DNA of 32,000 bases from contig JBAYVT010000005.1 in assembly GCA_041674405.1 (NCBI GenBank), positions 30,001 through 62,000 of the forward strand, written 5' to 3'. The notes below the pieces were generated by a model. The model made no database searches. It worked only from the letters and a program-made list of their open reading frames with translations, and was not told the origin of the DNA. This stretch comes from Patescibacteria group bacterium (GTDB lineage Bacteria; Patescibacteriota; UBA1384; XYA2-FULL-43-10). The translations under genes were made by a program, and so were the position numbers. Shown piece after piece: positions 30,663 through 32,000 of this stretch; within the stretch, counting starts at the first letter, position 1, and the number at the start of each line of letters is the position of its first letter.

Positions 30663-32000
30663 TTAATTCACACTTTTTCTGGAGGCCTTAGTGAGTAATT
30701 TTTTTTGCTTGAGATAAGTCAAGTTTACTCCCGCAAACAAAGATCCAAGAAGGCTCAAAACCCCACCGGCTGCAGCGCCGGTCTTGGGAAGAGGGGTGCT
30801 TGCTGGCACAACTTTGGTCAAAATCACGGTTTGGGCAGTCGAAGAAATAGTATTTCCGCCCATAGACAAATATCCCGTATTTATCAGTTGTTCCCCAGCG
30901 GCAATATTTGCAGAAGTGATCACCCTGAATCTTACATAGCCTGATTGTCCAGGAGCTAAGGTGTTGATGATAAATCCCTTGGTGACATCTTCAGAAATTA
31001 CATGTTCAGTGCCATCCAAGTTAATTATCGCAGGAACCGAAGTATCCAGGGCAACATTGGCTGGAAGGACATCGGAAATCTTCACCTGGTCAGCTGGCCC
31101 ATCTCCAGTGTTTGCAAAATCAATTTTGTATTCCAGCATGTCTCCAGGAAAGGCTGTATTTGATTTGGAAAATTCCAATTCATTGCTGGTGATATTTCTA
31201 ACAACTTTATTGATCGACAAGACAGGCTCTCTGTGTGGTCTTAGAATTATAATCGTGATTGTATTTCCATACTCGTTAAATAATTTATCATCGAAATGAA
31301 AACCATTTTGCGGGTTATCAGGCAATGGGTCCATCACCTTAACCGTAAATTTCCTAACCACATTTTGCCCCGGATCAATTCGAACTTCCGGCCAAATTAC
31401 TTCTTTGGAATTATTACCTTCCTCTGGATTATCTTTGACAATACCCCCATTACTTATACTGACAATGTTTGATTCCTCTAACACATCGCCGATACCATCC
31501 GAAACCACAAAGTTAGTAGCAATGGTTCCGGTGTTTTTGGTGTTCAAGGTATAAATAATAACATCGCCAGGCCTGGCAGGAGTAGATGTCGCATCAACTT
31601 TCAAAGTATCATTATAAGCAGACTTTGAACGATGAATATTAACAACTCCGGCTTTCAAGTCAACAATGGCTTCATCGTTAACGTTAATATTACCTGAAAT
31701 TGCATAGGCAACATTCGTTACAGATTTTGCAACCAATATGTAAGAAGGCGCTTTTGCACGAAATTTAATCACCGCGCCATTTTCCGCGCCAACCTTAAGG
31801 CTGCCAATACTTACTCCACTAGCAAAAAATCCGGCTGCGTCAAGATTGGTTGTGCTGTCCTCTTTGGTCATCGTAAGGGAATTATCCACATAGGTTAAAT
31901 CCGAAGGCAGGCCATCAGAAGCTGTAACTTCCTCAAGCGTTGATTCTCCAGGATTGGTAATATTTATTTTGTATTCCACTGACTCGTTTTGATCTACAGA
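30663..32000 (-). CDS. Cell-surface protein with DUF11-type repeats and a C-terminal LPXTG sortase anchor. The 5' end lies beyond the window edge.
   Basis: The C-terminus is LPKTG, then hydrophobic AAAGGVLSLLGSLFAGV, then a basic tail KQKKLLTKASRKS. Repeated segments of the type YTLNTKNTG..A.N..VSD and YKIDFANTGDGPADQVKISDVLP are DUF11-like. The frame stays open past the listed GTG at 31979 to base 32000. Confidence 0.75.
   Translation of the reverse strand, partial: SVDQNESVEYKINITNPGESTLEEVTASDGLPSDLTYVDNSLTMTKEDSTTNLDAAGFFASGVSIGSLKVGAENGAVIKFRAKAPSYILVAKSVTNVAYAISGNINVNDEAIVDLKAGVVNIHRSKSAYNDTLKVDATSTPARPGDVIIYTLNTKNTGTIATNFVVSDGIGDVLEESNIVSISNGGIVKDNPEEGNNSKEVIWPEVRIDPGQNVVRKFTVKVMDPLPDNPQNGFHFDDKLFNEYGNTITIIILRPHREPVLSINKVVRNITSNELEFSKSNTAFPGDMLEYKIDFANTGDGPADQVKISDVLPANVALDTSVPAIINLDGTEHVISEDVTKGFIINTLAPGQSGYVRFRVITSANIAAGEQLINTGYLSMGGNTISSTAQTVILTKVVPASTPLPKTGAAAGGVLSLLGSLFAGVNLTYLKQKKLLTKASRKSVN

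Overview
The window is AT-rich and compact. It looks like a small-genome, Gram-positive-type bacterium, probably CPR/Patescibacteria-like. That guess rests on gene content, an LPXTG surface protein and small acidic helical ORFans, and I cannot verify it here. TGA is used as a stop and RF2 is present, so the standard bacterial code applies.

The flanks are housekeeping. On the left: an SF1 helicase-nuclease, rmuC, rluD, secD/secF and a DUF1290-like gene. On the right: tgt, rplL, rplJ, rplA, pth, ybaB, an HExxH membrane protease, prfB and an LPXTG/DUF11 surface protein.

The centre (about 8.5-24 kb) is accessory. A roughly 12 kb minus-strand gene train holds two paralogous membrane-anchored VirD4/TraD-like P-loop ATPases. 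It also holds a sigma-70-region-4 + HARE-HTH protein, a beta-rich ORFan, two acidic proteins (one long and disordered), and an 828-aa glycine-zipper membrane protein. Two coiled-coil/acidic ORFans lie divergently on the plus strand.

Two sharply GC-rich cassettes are embedded in this AT-rich background, each with its own near-consensus promoter and intrinsic terminator:
- 20.6-22.1 kb: a lipobox / coiled-coil / Pro-Ala-rich / C-terminal-TM protein. It is preceded by a roughly 500-nt leader that contains a tandem pair of three-way-junction RNA elements with conserved loops and covarying stems.
- 27.47-27.87 kb: a small winged-helix-like protein wedged between pth and rplA.

I found no rRNA, tRNA, CRISPR array, transposase or integrase.
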